A stretch of DNA of 64,000 nt from Antedon mediterranea (lineage: Eukaryota; Animalia; Echinodermata). Numbering within the stretch: the first letter of the stretch is position 1; each line of letters opens with the position of its first letter. Both the position numbers and the translations under genes were made by a program. The notes beneath the pieces were generated by a model, which was given only the letters and a program-made list of their open reading frames with translations, was not told where the DNA came from and did no database searches. The stretch is from contig NC_092672.1 of assembly GCF_964355755.1 (NCBI RefSeq), forward strand, positions 24,503,237 to 24,567,236, written 5' to 3'. Below are positions 48,960 through 60,780 of this stretch, piece after piece.

Positions 48960-49685
48960 CAAAGAATATATATCACAAGAATGAGTAATCCGCGATTTTC
49001 CCTGTAACAGTAATATTGTCCATGTGGTAGGGCGCCGCCATAAGTGTGGATGTATCTGTGATGTATACAACTTTTTGTGACGGTTTCAATAATCAAAGGC
49101 TAGACCACCGGTAGTATTTTCATGATAAAAAATGTTATCAACTACATGACAACATCATGTTAAATACTATTTGGATATTTAATTGTTCGTTTTATGCAAT
49201 TTATTTAGTAAAAACTGCCGTATAAACAGTTTGCTTTATCAACCGGGCGCTACGATAGCGTGACCGGGCGTGTTGGTGTTTACGCGTTTTCACGAAGGAT
49301 AGTTTAATAATATTCCTATATTTAACTTGTTTCTGGTAAAACAAATAAATGTTAATGAAATTAAACATTTTATCCTGTTAATAACATGTATTTTATACTA
49401 ATTTATATCATAAAAGCAATACCTAATTTACCGGGCGTAGAGTAGTACGCGGCAATGGTAAAGAATAGGCCGTGTTGAGTAACGATTCGTTGATTTTTGG
49501 TGTTGCTGTGTTAGGCCTTTTTTGTGAACTAATTTAGCATGTTAGTAAATAATTGTCTGTAAAAGTGAATGTACACTAGTTTGTTAATAAATATGTATTA
49601 TAAAATAGTTTACAATTGCAAAATATATTATCATAATTCTATTTAATGTGACATGTATATATATCTATTAAATCAAGTCCTTATT
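48960..49685. mobile_element. Second, right-truncated copy of the P-like element (empty hAT site)
   Basis: Colinear with 46290-46884 plus 48489-48600; no right TIR. Confidence 0.8.
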
Positions 49686-50134
49686 TCGCCATATATCATA
49701 GAAGCGTCTATACAAAGTGGATTTTCAAAAACATTTTCATCACGTCTGCATGTCTCGTGTAGTTTATGATGCGACAAGATATTGGTTTTCTTGGTTATTA
49801 GAACCGATTGTGACGCATGGAAACAACAAAACTGTTGAAACAACTCTTTCACTACTGTACCTTTGCGAAATGTGAATCGGAATTGGATCCGTGTACGTTG
49901 ACGGTGTATGGCCGTTTTCTATCATATCACGACGCATGCATCAGAGAAAACGAAAAATAGGTGTGCATTAAATCATTAAAGACGGTACTACTCATATTGT
50001 GACGTGTTGTGATGAATGCGATCGATGGGACGGTATGATTTATTTTTGCAAAGGTTAGATCAACGTGTTGGTATAATGTGGTTCGGTTAAATCGTGGTAC
50101 AGTACATGCTTTATAGATCGTAGCACCAAAGTAC

Positions 50135-50650
50135 TTAATAACAATTGCTTGGTGCTCACGCCCGTGCCCGCGAAGTTGATCTTAAACGATTACAGCGATT
50201 GCAGAAACAAGGCTGTGTTTGCGTGTGGACGGTATCAGCCTTCGGATGGTTTATATTGAAATATCTCGATTGGCTTCATATAAAAACAAGAATTGTGTAC
50301 AAAATTATTGTTTTTGTTCATAAATGTATTTACTCTGTTTCCTTTATACCTTTTTTTATTTAACCGTGATCCACTTTCATTTAATTTCGACTTCTCTCCT
50401 CTAATTGATCCCACCCGACTTTTCGTTGCACGATCTAATCGGAAAGCTGGGGACAATACTTTTCTATCACCTCTCCGCGGATCTGGAACGTAACGCGCTT
50501 CCTGTCGATTTAAGAGGAGCGAATTCGGCAACTCTATTTAAACATCAAAAACTTTTCTTTAATTAATAATAGGCGTACTAGTGTTGTTAGGCGCTCTGTT
50601 CATTGTAGAGGGCGCCTATACGAACTTATAGAATAGAATATAAATAAATA
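50135..50650 (+). mobile_element. L2-type LINE 3' fragment
   Basis: LKRLQRLQ...LKYLDWLHIKTRIVYKI (cf. L2 LHWLPxxxRIxFK); 3' stem-loop GGCGCTCT...AGGGCGCC and an (ATAGA)n tail. Confidence 0.7.
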
Positions 50651-51477
50651 TTCTTTTGAAACGTGTAACTTAAACACATCTGATATCAATGATCAGTGGC
50701 CTCTTGTACCTGACAATGATGGATGCAGCCTGTTTGGTTCTCATTGCTTTTTCTCAGTGGGTGAAAACGTATAGGAAGGTGCGTTCCTACTCTGTTTGGT
50801 TATCCAGAAACAATTCCCGTATCGGATGAGTGCTTTCAACGATGTAATGTAGACGCGGCAGTATGTGAGCCATAAGTCGGTAGAAATCTTGTCGTATGCG
50901 ACATGATTTGATTATCGTATACAGATGTGTGGCTGTTATCGTATGTTTGTGATACATCGTATTCTTATTTTGTTTTCTAAATAAAACTTTCTAGCCAAAA
51001 AAGAAAAAAAAATTGTCGTATGCAGATGTGTGTCTCTTATCGTATGTTTACAATGTTTTAATATTTCTGTAATAACAAACTAAAAATCGTATTTTAATTT
51101 TTTAAATTATTTGTTATCTTTTTTTGATTTCTTACAAAGATGGGGATGATGTTAAATTGAAATTCATGAAAGCGCCTTGATTGATGCAAGCATGCAAATG
51201 TATTAGACACGGTCATAATAATATTATTGACAATGGTGCGTGCCATACTGTTCTTGATAATGAAACAAACATTAAATTAACATAGCTAAACTATGAACAC
51301 ATCTATGGTCTTTCTCGTTATGCCTGGGGAAGCGATATGGAAACGGTAGTAAAACAGTGTTAGAACATTGATCCCAAACAGGAATAATGTTGCTAAGATA
51401 CGAAAAGGAAAAGCAGAAAACTCAAAGCATAGAATACTTTGAAGAGATTTGCAAAAGAGTTGTGTTGACCAGAGGCT

Positions 51478-52221
51478 ATGAATTGCATAGAGCCAGGCAC
51501 TCATCGTTTTACGAATATTTATCGTACATCTGTATACGATAATCAAATCAATGGCATGTTGTTCCCAGAGCAGATTTACGGATTTCGAAAAGTATTGAGT
51601 TTCATGCATCAAACTATAGCACAACCAGAAGATTTGTTGAGAAAACCGATATTGAAACTGAAAAGGAGCACTTGGCAGTGCATCAAGAGCGTAGACCTTA
51701 AGGTTGATTTTGGCGAATTTATAGAAAATGCAAACATCGACGTCTTAACCATGTATCATAACGTACTGGGTGGTATTAAACGTGAAATGAATAGAAAAGA
51801 CAGTTTCCTACCAAACACTCTGTTCGATGTCATAGAGAACATTAATGTGCCACAGGGACTCTTGTGTCTTCCAAGGTCTTTTATAGCAGCCACACAGATG
51901 GCTATGCAAAAGGAATATAAATCTACCATGAAGAAATTACATCCCCACGTGACACCGGAGCTCATACAAGAATATGCTACATTCACTCCATCGGACATTC
52001 TGAACGACACACGCATTTCTGAAAGGTTCTGTCTAAAGACAGCCATTCTTTTCTTGTTATTCGGCCGACTTTGACATTCGATAGAACGTGAAAATCCCTT
52101 TATATGCTGGGATGAGGAGCATAACCGACTTGAGGAGGAGCCAGCGTTTTCCGGGTTTTTTAAAATTTGTACTTCAGCATTGTTGAAACATATAGCTTGC
52201 GTGCTTTCCTCACATATATAA
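51478..52221 (+). pseudogene. Orphan intronless ORF relic, copy 1
   Basis: 198-aa ORF ending at TGA 52072-52074; the frame stays open for 48 more codons to TAA 52219-52221; no recognised family. Confidence 0.5.
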
Positions 52222-52627
52222 TAAACATATATCTAATAATAGTTTTTTATAATTTTTGTTTCATTAATGGCTTTCAAAATCATCATAATGACAGAAGATG
52301 AATGTCGATAGTATTCGACAGAACAGAGTCTTTTTCAATGTACTATAAGCAATGTGGAATGGTAAAGAGTTGGAACAGATTTCAAGAGTTTCGTCCCGAC
52401 AATTAAGATCGTGTAATGAGTATCCAAGTACCAGTTTCGATTCATGAAGCCTAACGGATTTTCATGTTTGCCGAGATTGATGGTAGACTGGTATTTGCCT
52501 TCAATTCAAGGACGTCACCATGTACGTTGTTACTTTACAGACGAATTTGAAGAGCACTTTACAAACAGGTGAAATGATGGATACGCCAAGAAATTTGAAG
52601 TTAAGTCAACGCTTTTGCTAAACACCT

Positions 52628-55600
52628 GTTATTTTATTTTATTTTATTTTATTCAATTTCCAGGTAACATACAAAAATCATAAACAAGGTACGGCATCAT
52701 TCAACAAAACAGAACAAAAGTACTATCAGCACCTGCGGGTAACCAAAAGTGGATCAGTTCAAAAGAACTGCACTGTCGAGTGGCTTTCCCAACTAATAGT
52801 ACGAAAAACGCAATAGACATAAAAACACAGTGATAGTCTAGATGAATTCGATATCAGTAATACATTTTTTCAAATCCCTTCTAAACCCCCCAAAGATAAA
52901 CAGGACTTTGTTACGAACTTCATGCGGGATACATTCCCATATTCGAGGGAAATTAACAAACAGGGAGTATTTAAATGCATTAGTTCTAGCATACATGTGT
53001 TTAAAGGTGAGGGACTCTGGATACCGAGAATTAATTGTAAGGTATTCAAATATATCAAAATCAATTAAATTATGCAAACACTTAACTACAAAAATTATAC
53101 TATGAAATTTCATTCTTTGAACCATATCTGGTAAATTTAGAATCTTAAGCCTGTCAGTGAAATTGCCTTCAACATACAATTTAGTAACCCGTCTTAATGA
53201 CTTGTTAATAGCTATATTATGTTGTTTTTGATGTGGATCCCACACAGGAGCACCATATTCAAATAACAGGTCGACATAGTGCATTAAAAAGTCGTAGTAA
53301 AATTTCGGTGTCATTGAAACCTACAAACCGTTTGATAAACCCAAGCATTCTCATAGATTTCATCGATACATCATTAACGTGAGCAGACCATGTTAAATCA
53401 CGTGAGAAGTTAATACCAAGATATTTATGTGAATTAACAGCTTCAAGGGGATTGGATTCGATTGTATAAATAAAATGAGGGATACAATTACGTTTCCTAG
53501 TTATGTGCATGACTTTACACTTCTTTGCATTTAATTTCATTTTATTATCCTCACACCATTTGGAAATTTTACAAAGATCCTGTTGTAAAGTAAGTGCATC
53601 ATGACGACTGAATACAGGTTTATAAATTACTGTATCGTCTGCATACTGCTTCATAACAGAAGAGGTATTTAGAGGTAGGTCATAAACAAAGAGATTAAAT
53701 AGAAGCGGGCCTAACACGGATCCCTGAGGAACACCCGAGCCCACTCTATCCCAATCCGAATGCTCCTTATTAAGAACAACACGTTGGAATCTGTCACTGA
53801 GAAAGGAGTGAAGACACTTTAGGAGAGATCCACATACTCCCATGTTGTGCAGTTTCTTGATTACTAAATCATGGGGAACACGGTCAAAGGCCTTCTCCCA
53901 ATCAAGGAATATTGCATCAATTACAGGAGGTTGTCTAACATCCATTGTTTGTGACCAATCATGATATAACGCTGAGGCCTGTGTAATACACGATCTACCT
54001 GGATAAAACCCGTGTTGCGTGGGACTTATAAATCCAAAAAATTGAAGATGAAAAAGAATGTTATCTGCTATAATACGTTCAAAAACCTTACCTATAATAG
54101 AACATAGCGATATGGGTCGATAATTATTAACATCGTTCCGATTACCTGACTTAAAAATAGGAGTGACATTCGCGAGTTTCCAATCTTTTGGTACAAAGCC
54201 ATCCGTTACGAACTTGTTAAACATTTTGCACAACAATGGGGCAATAATTGGAGCTGACATGGATAACATTTTAGGTGTAATCCCGTCTGGTCCAGGGGAT
54301 TTGTTGGGTTTCAATGACAATAGAGCCTCGAAAATAGTTTTTTCAGTAATATTAATGTTATTAAGGGAAACAATATCTGGGTGAACACAATTACAGATCT
54401 CATGGTTAACATTGAAATTACGATTAGGTTCGTTAAAGTTTGACGCAAAGAATGTGGAAAATGCATTTACCGCATCAATATCGGAAACCAAGGGTATACC
54501 GTTAAAAACAAAGTTCTTGACTTGTCCAGTCTTACGCCTAGTCTTAACATAATAATAATAATAATAATAATAATATCTATCTACAGGTTTAACTTTACTG
54601 CATCTAGCGTTAATATTAAAATAAACCCCAAGGTGGTCACTTGTAGTGAGACCGGGATGACTTCTGAAATTACATACAATGTCAGGGTTATTGCACAAGA
54701 CCAGATCAATAATGCTACTTTTGGTGTTAGATACACGAGTAAAAAAATCAACAAATTGTATAGTATCAAGTGAGCAATAATTTCTTTAAATTTCTTATAA
54801 ACTAAGGGAATATCAACACCGTAATCATAATTAAAATCACCAGTTAAAATTATACCACAGTACTTATGTAAAATAGACAGGATAAAATCAACGACGTGGA
54901 ATTGATTGAGCCAATCGTCATTTGAACTCGGTGGCCTATAAACAGCACATATTAAAACGTTAAAATTGTTATTTACAGTTATTTCAATAATTTTGACCTC
55001 AATGTTAGTAGGAAAGTCAACAATAGAGGATTTAAATGCGTTCTTCAAAGCTAACAGAACACCACCACCGTGTCTTGAACGGTCTTTTCTGTACACAACG
55101 AAAGAGTCTGGAAACAGTTCCGTACTATCAATAGAGGAGTCCAGCCACGTTTCTGTGACAATCAAGATATCCAATTCATCAATTGCGATACGCGCATGGA
55201 ATTCTTCGATCTTATTCACCACACTTCTGGCGTTAAATAAAGCAACTTGAATAAGGTTAGTTTCAAAGATGGAAGAATCAGTTGATGTATTGCTGGATGC
55301 AAGTGACAATATACTGTTGTTGATCAATGAGTTGTAAAAAAATGAGTCCGATAGTTGTGGTAGGGAGCAGATGTTACACGCCCATGGATTATCTTGATAA
55401 AACACATAACTATCGCTGCTCATAGGTATGCACTTGATATGAAATATGTGATGACATTCACAGCAAATCAGACATTTTTGATTGCGTCTCATCGTTTTAG
55501 CGCAAGATTCACATGTATTCTTCGTACTATTACCGTTTCCAATATGCTGGCTCTTGTTCCTATGCATCAGCTCTGGGCCTGGGTGAGGATGAATGTCGCC

Positions 55601-55880
55601 ACTAACCAACAAACATAGGTTAAAAGTCGAATAATGATTGGCGTAATATCTCACAGGCCTACTTATATATCGTTTTCTTGTGGTGTTATTAATGCTGGCA
55701 CATGTTATCGTGCCAGGGAGTGATTTACGGCAGCGAAATCTGTCAGCCGATGTTGTGTGGACAGTAGGCCTATGTAGCCGAACGTTCATCTATAAAATTG
55801 ACCATGAAACGGCAAAAGATAATTGCTCACGTAAACGGCAAGCAAATATTTCCTTGGAGAATGCTACCAAACGGAGACGT
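52628..55880 (-). mobile_element. Near full-length CR1/L2-group LINE (2A-like peptide, PHD finger, APE endonuclease, RT), frameshifted and internally deleted
   Basis: GDIHPHPGP; CESC..CCEC..FHIKC..WACNIC; FNARS, VTETWL, YRPP, GDFN; KSPGPDG, YRPISL, QHGF, FLDWEKAFDRV, GVPQGSVLGP, YADDT, KYLG; A-rich tail at about 52628-52655; 5' end approximate. Confidence 0.92.
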
Positions 55881-56612
55881 TGAAGGCTGTCAGGATGCAT
55901 GTGTTCTCCCGGATCACTTCATTATTTACACAGTTCATTGTTGCTATATTATTATTCATAGAGAATTGATGTCTGTACTTGAATTTAAACAGAATGCATG
56001 TGTTCTCTTGGTAAAACGCAATCTGCAAAATGTATCATTATGCTTCACAAAGAAGATAGCGTTATTCCATCCATAATCCGTACACGTTACCTACATCTTT
56101 AATAAGTCGTTTGTTATACACAGTTCATTGTTGCTATATTATTATTCATGGAGAGCACTCCCGGATCACTTCATTGTTTCTTATAGTATATTTTGAAACA
56201 ATTTTAAATAATACAATGTTTAACCAGGTTTGATATTTTTTCTATATATTTGGTATTAATGAAAATAATGTATTTGTTATGTATATTGGAAAAAATATAT
56301 AAAAAGAAATATGATTTACAATATTATTTAAATTATTTGTACTGTTTATAATTTGACACACGCACATACAAAGACGCAGACAACTGATGGGTAAACTTTT
56401 ACTTTGATTAGAAGAATTAAATATTGGATTTGATATATAATAATTCTAATTTTTGTTAATTATAATCACAGACAAAATGAGATTTTAGGCTATAGTAATC
56501 ATTCATCATACCGTAAGCACATTTGTCATAAATGTAGGCCATACAACATTGGAATGTCGGTCCTTGACTCGCTACAGATTACCGTAGGTTAGAGCCTGTT
56601 TACACGTATGGG

Positions 56613-57345
56613 CGTACATCTGTATACGATAATCAAATCAATGGCACGTTGTTCCCAGAGCAGATTAACGGATTTCGAAAAGTATTGAGTTTCATGCATC
56701 AAACTATAGCACAGCCAGAAGATTTGTTGAGAAAACCGATATTGAAACTGAAAAGGAGCACTTGGCAGTGCATCAAGAGCGTAGACTTTAAGGTTGATTT
56801 TGGCGAATTTATAGAAAACGCAAACATCGACGTCGTAACCATGTATCATAACGTACTGGGTGGTATTAAACGTGAAATGAATAGAAAAGACAGTTTCCTA
56901 CCAAACACTCTATTCGATGTCATAGAGAACATTAATGTGCCACAGGGACTCTTGTGTCTTCCAAGGTCTTTTATAGCAGCCACACAGATGGCTATGCAAA
57001 AGGAATATAAATCTACCATGAAGAAATTACATTCCCACGTGACACCGGAGCTCATACAAGAATATGCTACATTCACTCCATCGGACATTCTGAACGACAC
57101 ACGCATTTCTGAAAGGTTCTGTCTAAAGACAGCCATTCTTTTCTTGTTTTTCGGCCGACTTTGACATTCGATAGAACGTGAAAATCCCTTTATATGCTGG
57201 GATGAGGAACATAACCGACTTGAGGAGGAGCCAGCGTTTTCCGTTTTTTTTTTTTAATTTGTACTTCAGCATTGTTGAAACATAGCTTGCGTGCTTTCCT
57301 CACATATATAATAAACATATACCTAATAATAGTTTTTTTATAATT
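56613..57345 (+). pseudogene. Orphan ORF relic, copy 2 (5'-truncated duplicate of 51523-52234)
   Basis: Nearly identical sequence at offset about 5090 bp, with the same internal TGA. Confidence 0.6.
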
Positions 57346-58228
57346 GTAACTGCTCTTGGGCTCGGAGCAAGTTTGGAATGTAGAGGGCGTCGTTTAGTCA
57401 AGTCACACAAACGCGAACAAGGCAACACTATGACCATCAGTTAAACAATCTTCAATTTATTATGTTCCAACCGTGTCTGTCTGACTACCTTTATTAGTTC
57501 GTTCGGTGACTAAAATACAAAGTATAAATACAAGTTACCATAAAATAAAACTGAAGTAAAAGGAATCATACAAATCGTCACAAAGCACATGTTATAATCG
57601 TCTAACATAAATTCCTTCATTATCGTCATCATTCAATGCTTACGCTCAATTATTATATTAAATTCCGTATTACTTAACTTCTTCAGTTACCATACTAATC
57701 ATAGTAATACATTAAAATGGCAAACAATGTGAACAGTATCATCATCTGAATTACAGCACATACAAACAATTAATTAACATGTCAATCGATAATATGCATA
57801 GAACAAGTCCTTACGTGAATATGACCGCTCTAAGCCTCAAATCTTATGTCAATATTCTCCTTTCAAACATTATCTCAATTCTGTAACAATAATCAACATA
57901 AATATATTGATAGAAAATTGTCTAAAATATAACACAACACATGATAAATGCATAGGAAATGTCAATTAAACTGATCATGAAACCATGATAAAACATGACT
58001 AAATCCTTCTCTAATTAGCACGCACATAGTTTAGTTTACTTAAACGACACAAAGAATGCCTTTATTCATCCACAAGAAATATCTTGAATAATTAAGATAA
58101 GCAGAGATCCAGTAATTTAGTTAACCAATCATTAACCAATGGCCGAATGCATCACAATACAATAGAACTTCCCTGCATAGCTAATGAATATTCATGAGCT
58201 GAGAAATCAGTCAGCGTACCATGCTACA
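57345..58228 (-). mobile_element. Possible solo LTR
   Basis: TGTAAC...GCTACA termini; AATAAA on the minus strand near 57457; it truncates the duplicated ORF; no matching TSD. Confidence 0.4.
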
Positions 58229-58451
58229 GCGGTAAGATCAAATATGATATTCAATACATGGAATAGCTTAACAATTCGGCGCTAGTTCCGTTTCGCACCT
58301 GTTTTTATTCGGACTTCCTTTTGACTCCAAATTGTTAAGCAACTTATTGTGAATACCACACCTTAAAATTGGGCCTCATAAGTACTTTTATGAAGAAGAA
58401 TCACATAAAAAGTAACAAATAAATCCTTAAATTGCTGATTTTACAGACATG

Positions 58452-59014
58452 TTTCTCGCATACCGTTCGCCGCGAATTTAGCATACTCGAAGTTCAATAT
58501 TTTCGTTTCTATGGAGCGCCAAAAGAGCAACAACAATAGATGGTTAAAACCTCAGTGGAATGCGTCTTCTTTTAATGCATTTATTATTGAAATACACGTT
58601 TAATTTTAATATATTTTGTCAATAAAAATGCTGTAACATTTTACTGCTAATAATTTGCTGTTTTCAAATAGCAACCAACCCTAGGCCTAAGAGTAAGACT
58701 AAGACTAAGAGGCATATTATTTAGAGGTTTTTAAGGTATACCCCTACAGTACATGTAATATGATGATGAATTTGTCGATTTTCATTCCTAAAAGCTCCTG
58801 CAAAAACCATGTACAGTATCAAAAGTAATATTTTTGTTGCATTGACATTGACAAAATATGATAAAATTGAACGTAATTTTCACCAATAAATGCATTAAAT
58901 ATACACAATTTACTGAGTTTTTAGCCCTCTATTATGATTGCTCTTTTGGCGCTCCATAGAAACAACAACATTGAACATGGAGTATGCGAAATTCACGAAC
59001 CGATGTGCGATAAA
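58452..59014. mobile_element. Foldback MITE
   Basis: Inverted arms GTTTCTATGGAGCGCCAAAAGAGCAA / TTGCTCTTTTGGCGCTCCATAGAAAC, extending about 200 bp. Confidence 0.7.
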
Positions 59015-59174
59015 AAATAAAATATATTTGAAATATTATTATTTGATATAATTTAACGTACGCACATAAAGAGACGCAGACAACTAAACTTTTACTTTGA
59101 TTAGAAGTAATAATTGTTTATTTGATTTGATATAATAATTCTAATATTTGCTACGTCTACTCTAAGACCCGTAA

Positions 59175-59279
59175 GGTCCGTATTAATGACTGGACTATCT
59201 CTGGATTTAGTCTGGACAATCTTTAGTCCTGGACTAAACCAGTATTAAAATCGGCAAAAGATAGTCATGAATACGGGCC
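59175..59279. mobile_element. Short Harbinger-like MITE
   Basis: GGTCCGTATTAATGACT / AGTCATGAATACGGGCC inverted ends; TSD unclear. Confidence 0.5.
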
Positions 59280-60488
59280 AATGTGATTGTGGCCTACACT
59301 ATGCAGTCATTCACAGTAAGCATTAACCTCAACAACAGTCACTGATCGTTTTATATTTTAGTACATATTATAGATATCACATACCAGTTCATAAATCACA
59401 TTTAGTCCAAAAATATCATAACCAGCAACTACAATTGAAAAACATTTATGTCAACAAGAAAAGCAATTTACAAATATATTAATAAACAACTTCACTTAAC
59501 AGGTCTGCCTCATTATTTAAGCCCTTAATTTCAAAACTGAACTTGTCATGGCACACAACAAAGCGGCAAGTACGCCACCAATATTTTGGAACGTAAGTGA
59601 TAACAGTTATCAGACATTCAAACACTCTTTATTTATTTAAGTGTTGATATACTATTTGTTAGCAAAGTGTATTTAGAAGTGGATAGTGAGTTTACAGTAG
59701 GCCTGTAAAGATGGCCTATAATTGTGTAAATTCTATTTTAGGAAACAAATGCAAACTTTATGTCTGTTCTCTTATACTAGTAGACCTACTTTAACTAAAA
59801 TCATTGGTAATGTTTGTCTTGCTAAAAGATGTTGCTAGTAGTTGTACTCAAACATGTATTGTTGTCCCACAAAAACATGAAAAATGGAGATTAATTAAAT
59901 CAGACTTTGAATAGGTTATTTTGTAGTTTTAATAAAGTTAATCAATTCCGTAGAAAAAAAAATAAATGGTTAAATTCAACCAAAAATTCATTGGCTGGCA
60001 GCCAATTTGACCATTTTTGCTTAAATACATTTTTTTTGATCCAATATTATCCAAAAGTGGATAACTATCATGTGACATTAAATGGCATATTGAAAAAGTT
60101 AAAATTATTTTTCAGGGGGGACAATACATCTTTAAACGAAATTTTTTAGGTTTAATCAATTTAGTAGGCCTAGTAACTATGGTCGCAAAAAAGTGTATTT
60201 TGATTGTATGAGCCATAAGCGATTGATTATTCAAACTTTCGCTTGTCATTTAATATAATTTAATTGTCATTTAATATTTAATTTTAATTGGTTAAAACAA
60301 CGAAAGGAATGTGCTCACCCCCACAACTAACGTATGCACTATTTTCTATAAATCGATAACAGGCCTATCAGAAGTAAAATAGGCATACAACTTATTTTTC
60401 TAAGCATGCAATTTGGGTAAAAATACACACAATTTTTCAATAAAAATAGGTAGTCTGGGTAAAAAATAATATAAAAATATATTAGTTT

Positions 60489-60780
60489 AGATGACAAATT
60501 TCGTTTTTGTAAAAGCACAAGTTAACGGAGTACTTACTTGAACGTTTCGATCTCTATCAGAGATCCTTCTCAACTGACTGCGGAGTGTTAATGCAGCTTG
60601 GTCAGCAGCAACACTCCGCAGTCAATTGAGAAGGATCTCTGATAAAGATCGAAACGTTCGAGTAAGTACTCCGTTAACTTGTGCTTTTACAAAAACGAAA
60701 TTTGTCATCTCATAGAGATATTATAATATCTCTATGGTCATCTATACAAAATCGAAGCTAAATGAAATTCTTTCAAAATA
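60489..60780. mobile_element. Penelope-like inverted terminal repeat with two hammerhead motifs
   Basis: About 100-bp near-perfect inverted arms (60489-60589, 60610-60710), each containing TTGAGAA-g-GATCTCTgatARAGATC-GAAACGTT. Confidence 0.7.
60711..60736. mobile_element. 26-bp P-element-like TIR-only remnant
   Basis: Perfect palindrome CATAGAGATATTATAATATCTCTATG flanked by a 7-bp direct repeat GTCATCT. Confidence 0.7.

Noticed and set aside
52072-52074. Selenocysteine codon in the orphan ORF
   Set aside because: No SECIS-like structure recognised, and neighbouring relics contain many stops, so decay is the simpler explanation.
54163-55883. Plus-strand ORFs of 67-94 aa
   Set aside because: Antisense shadows of the LINE coding region.
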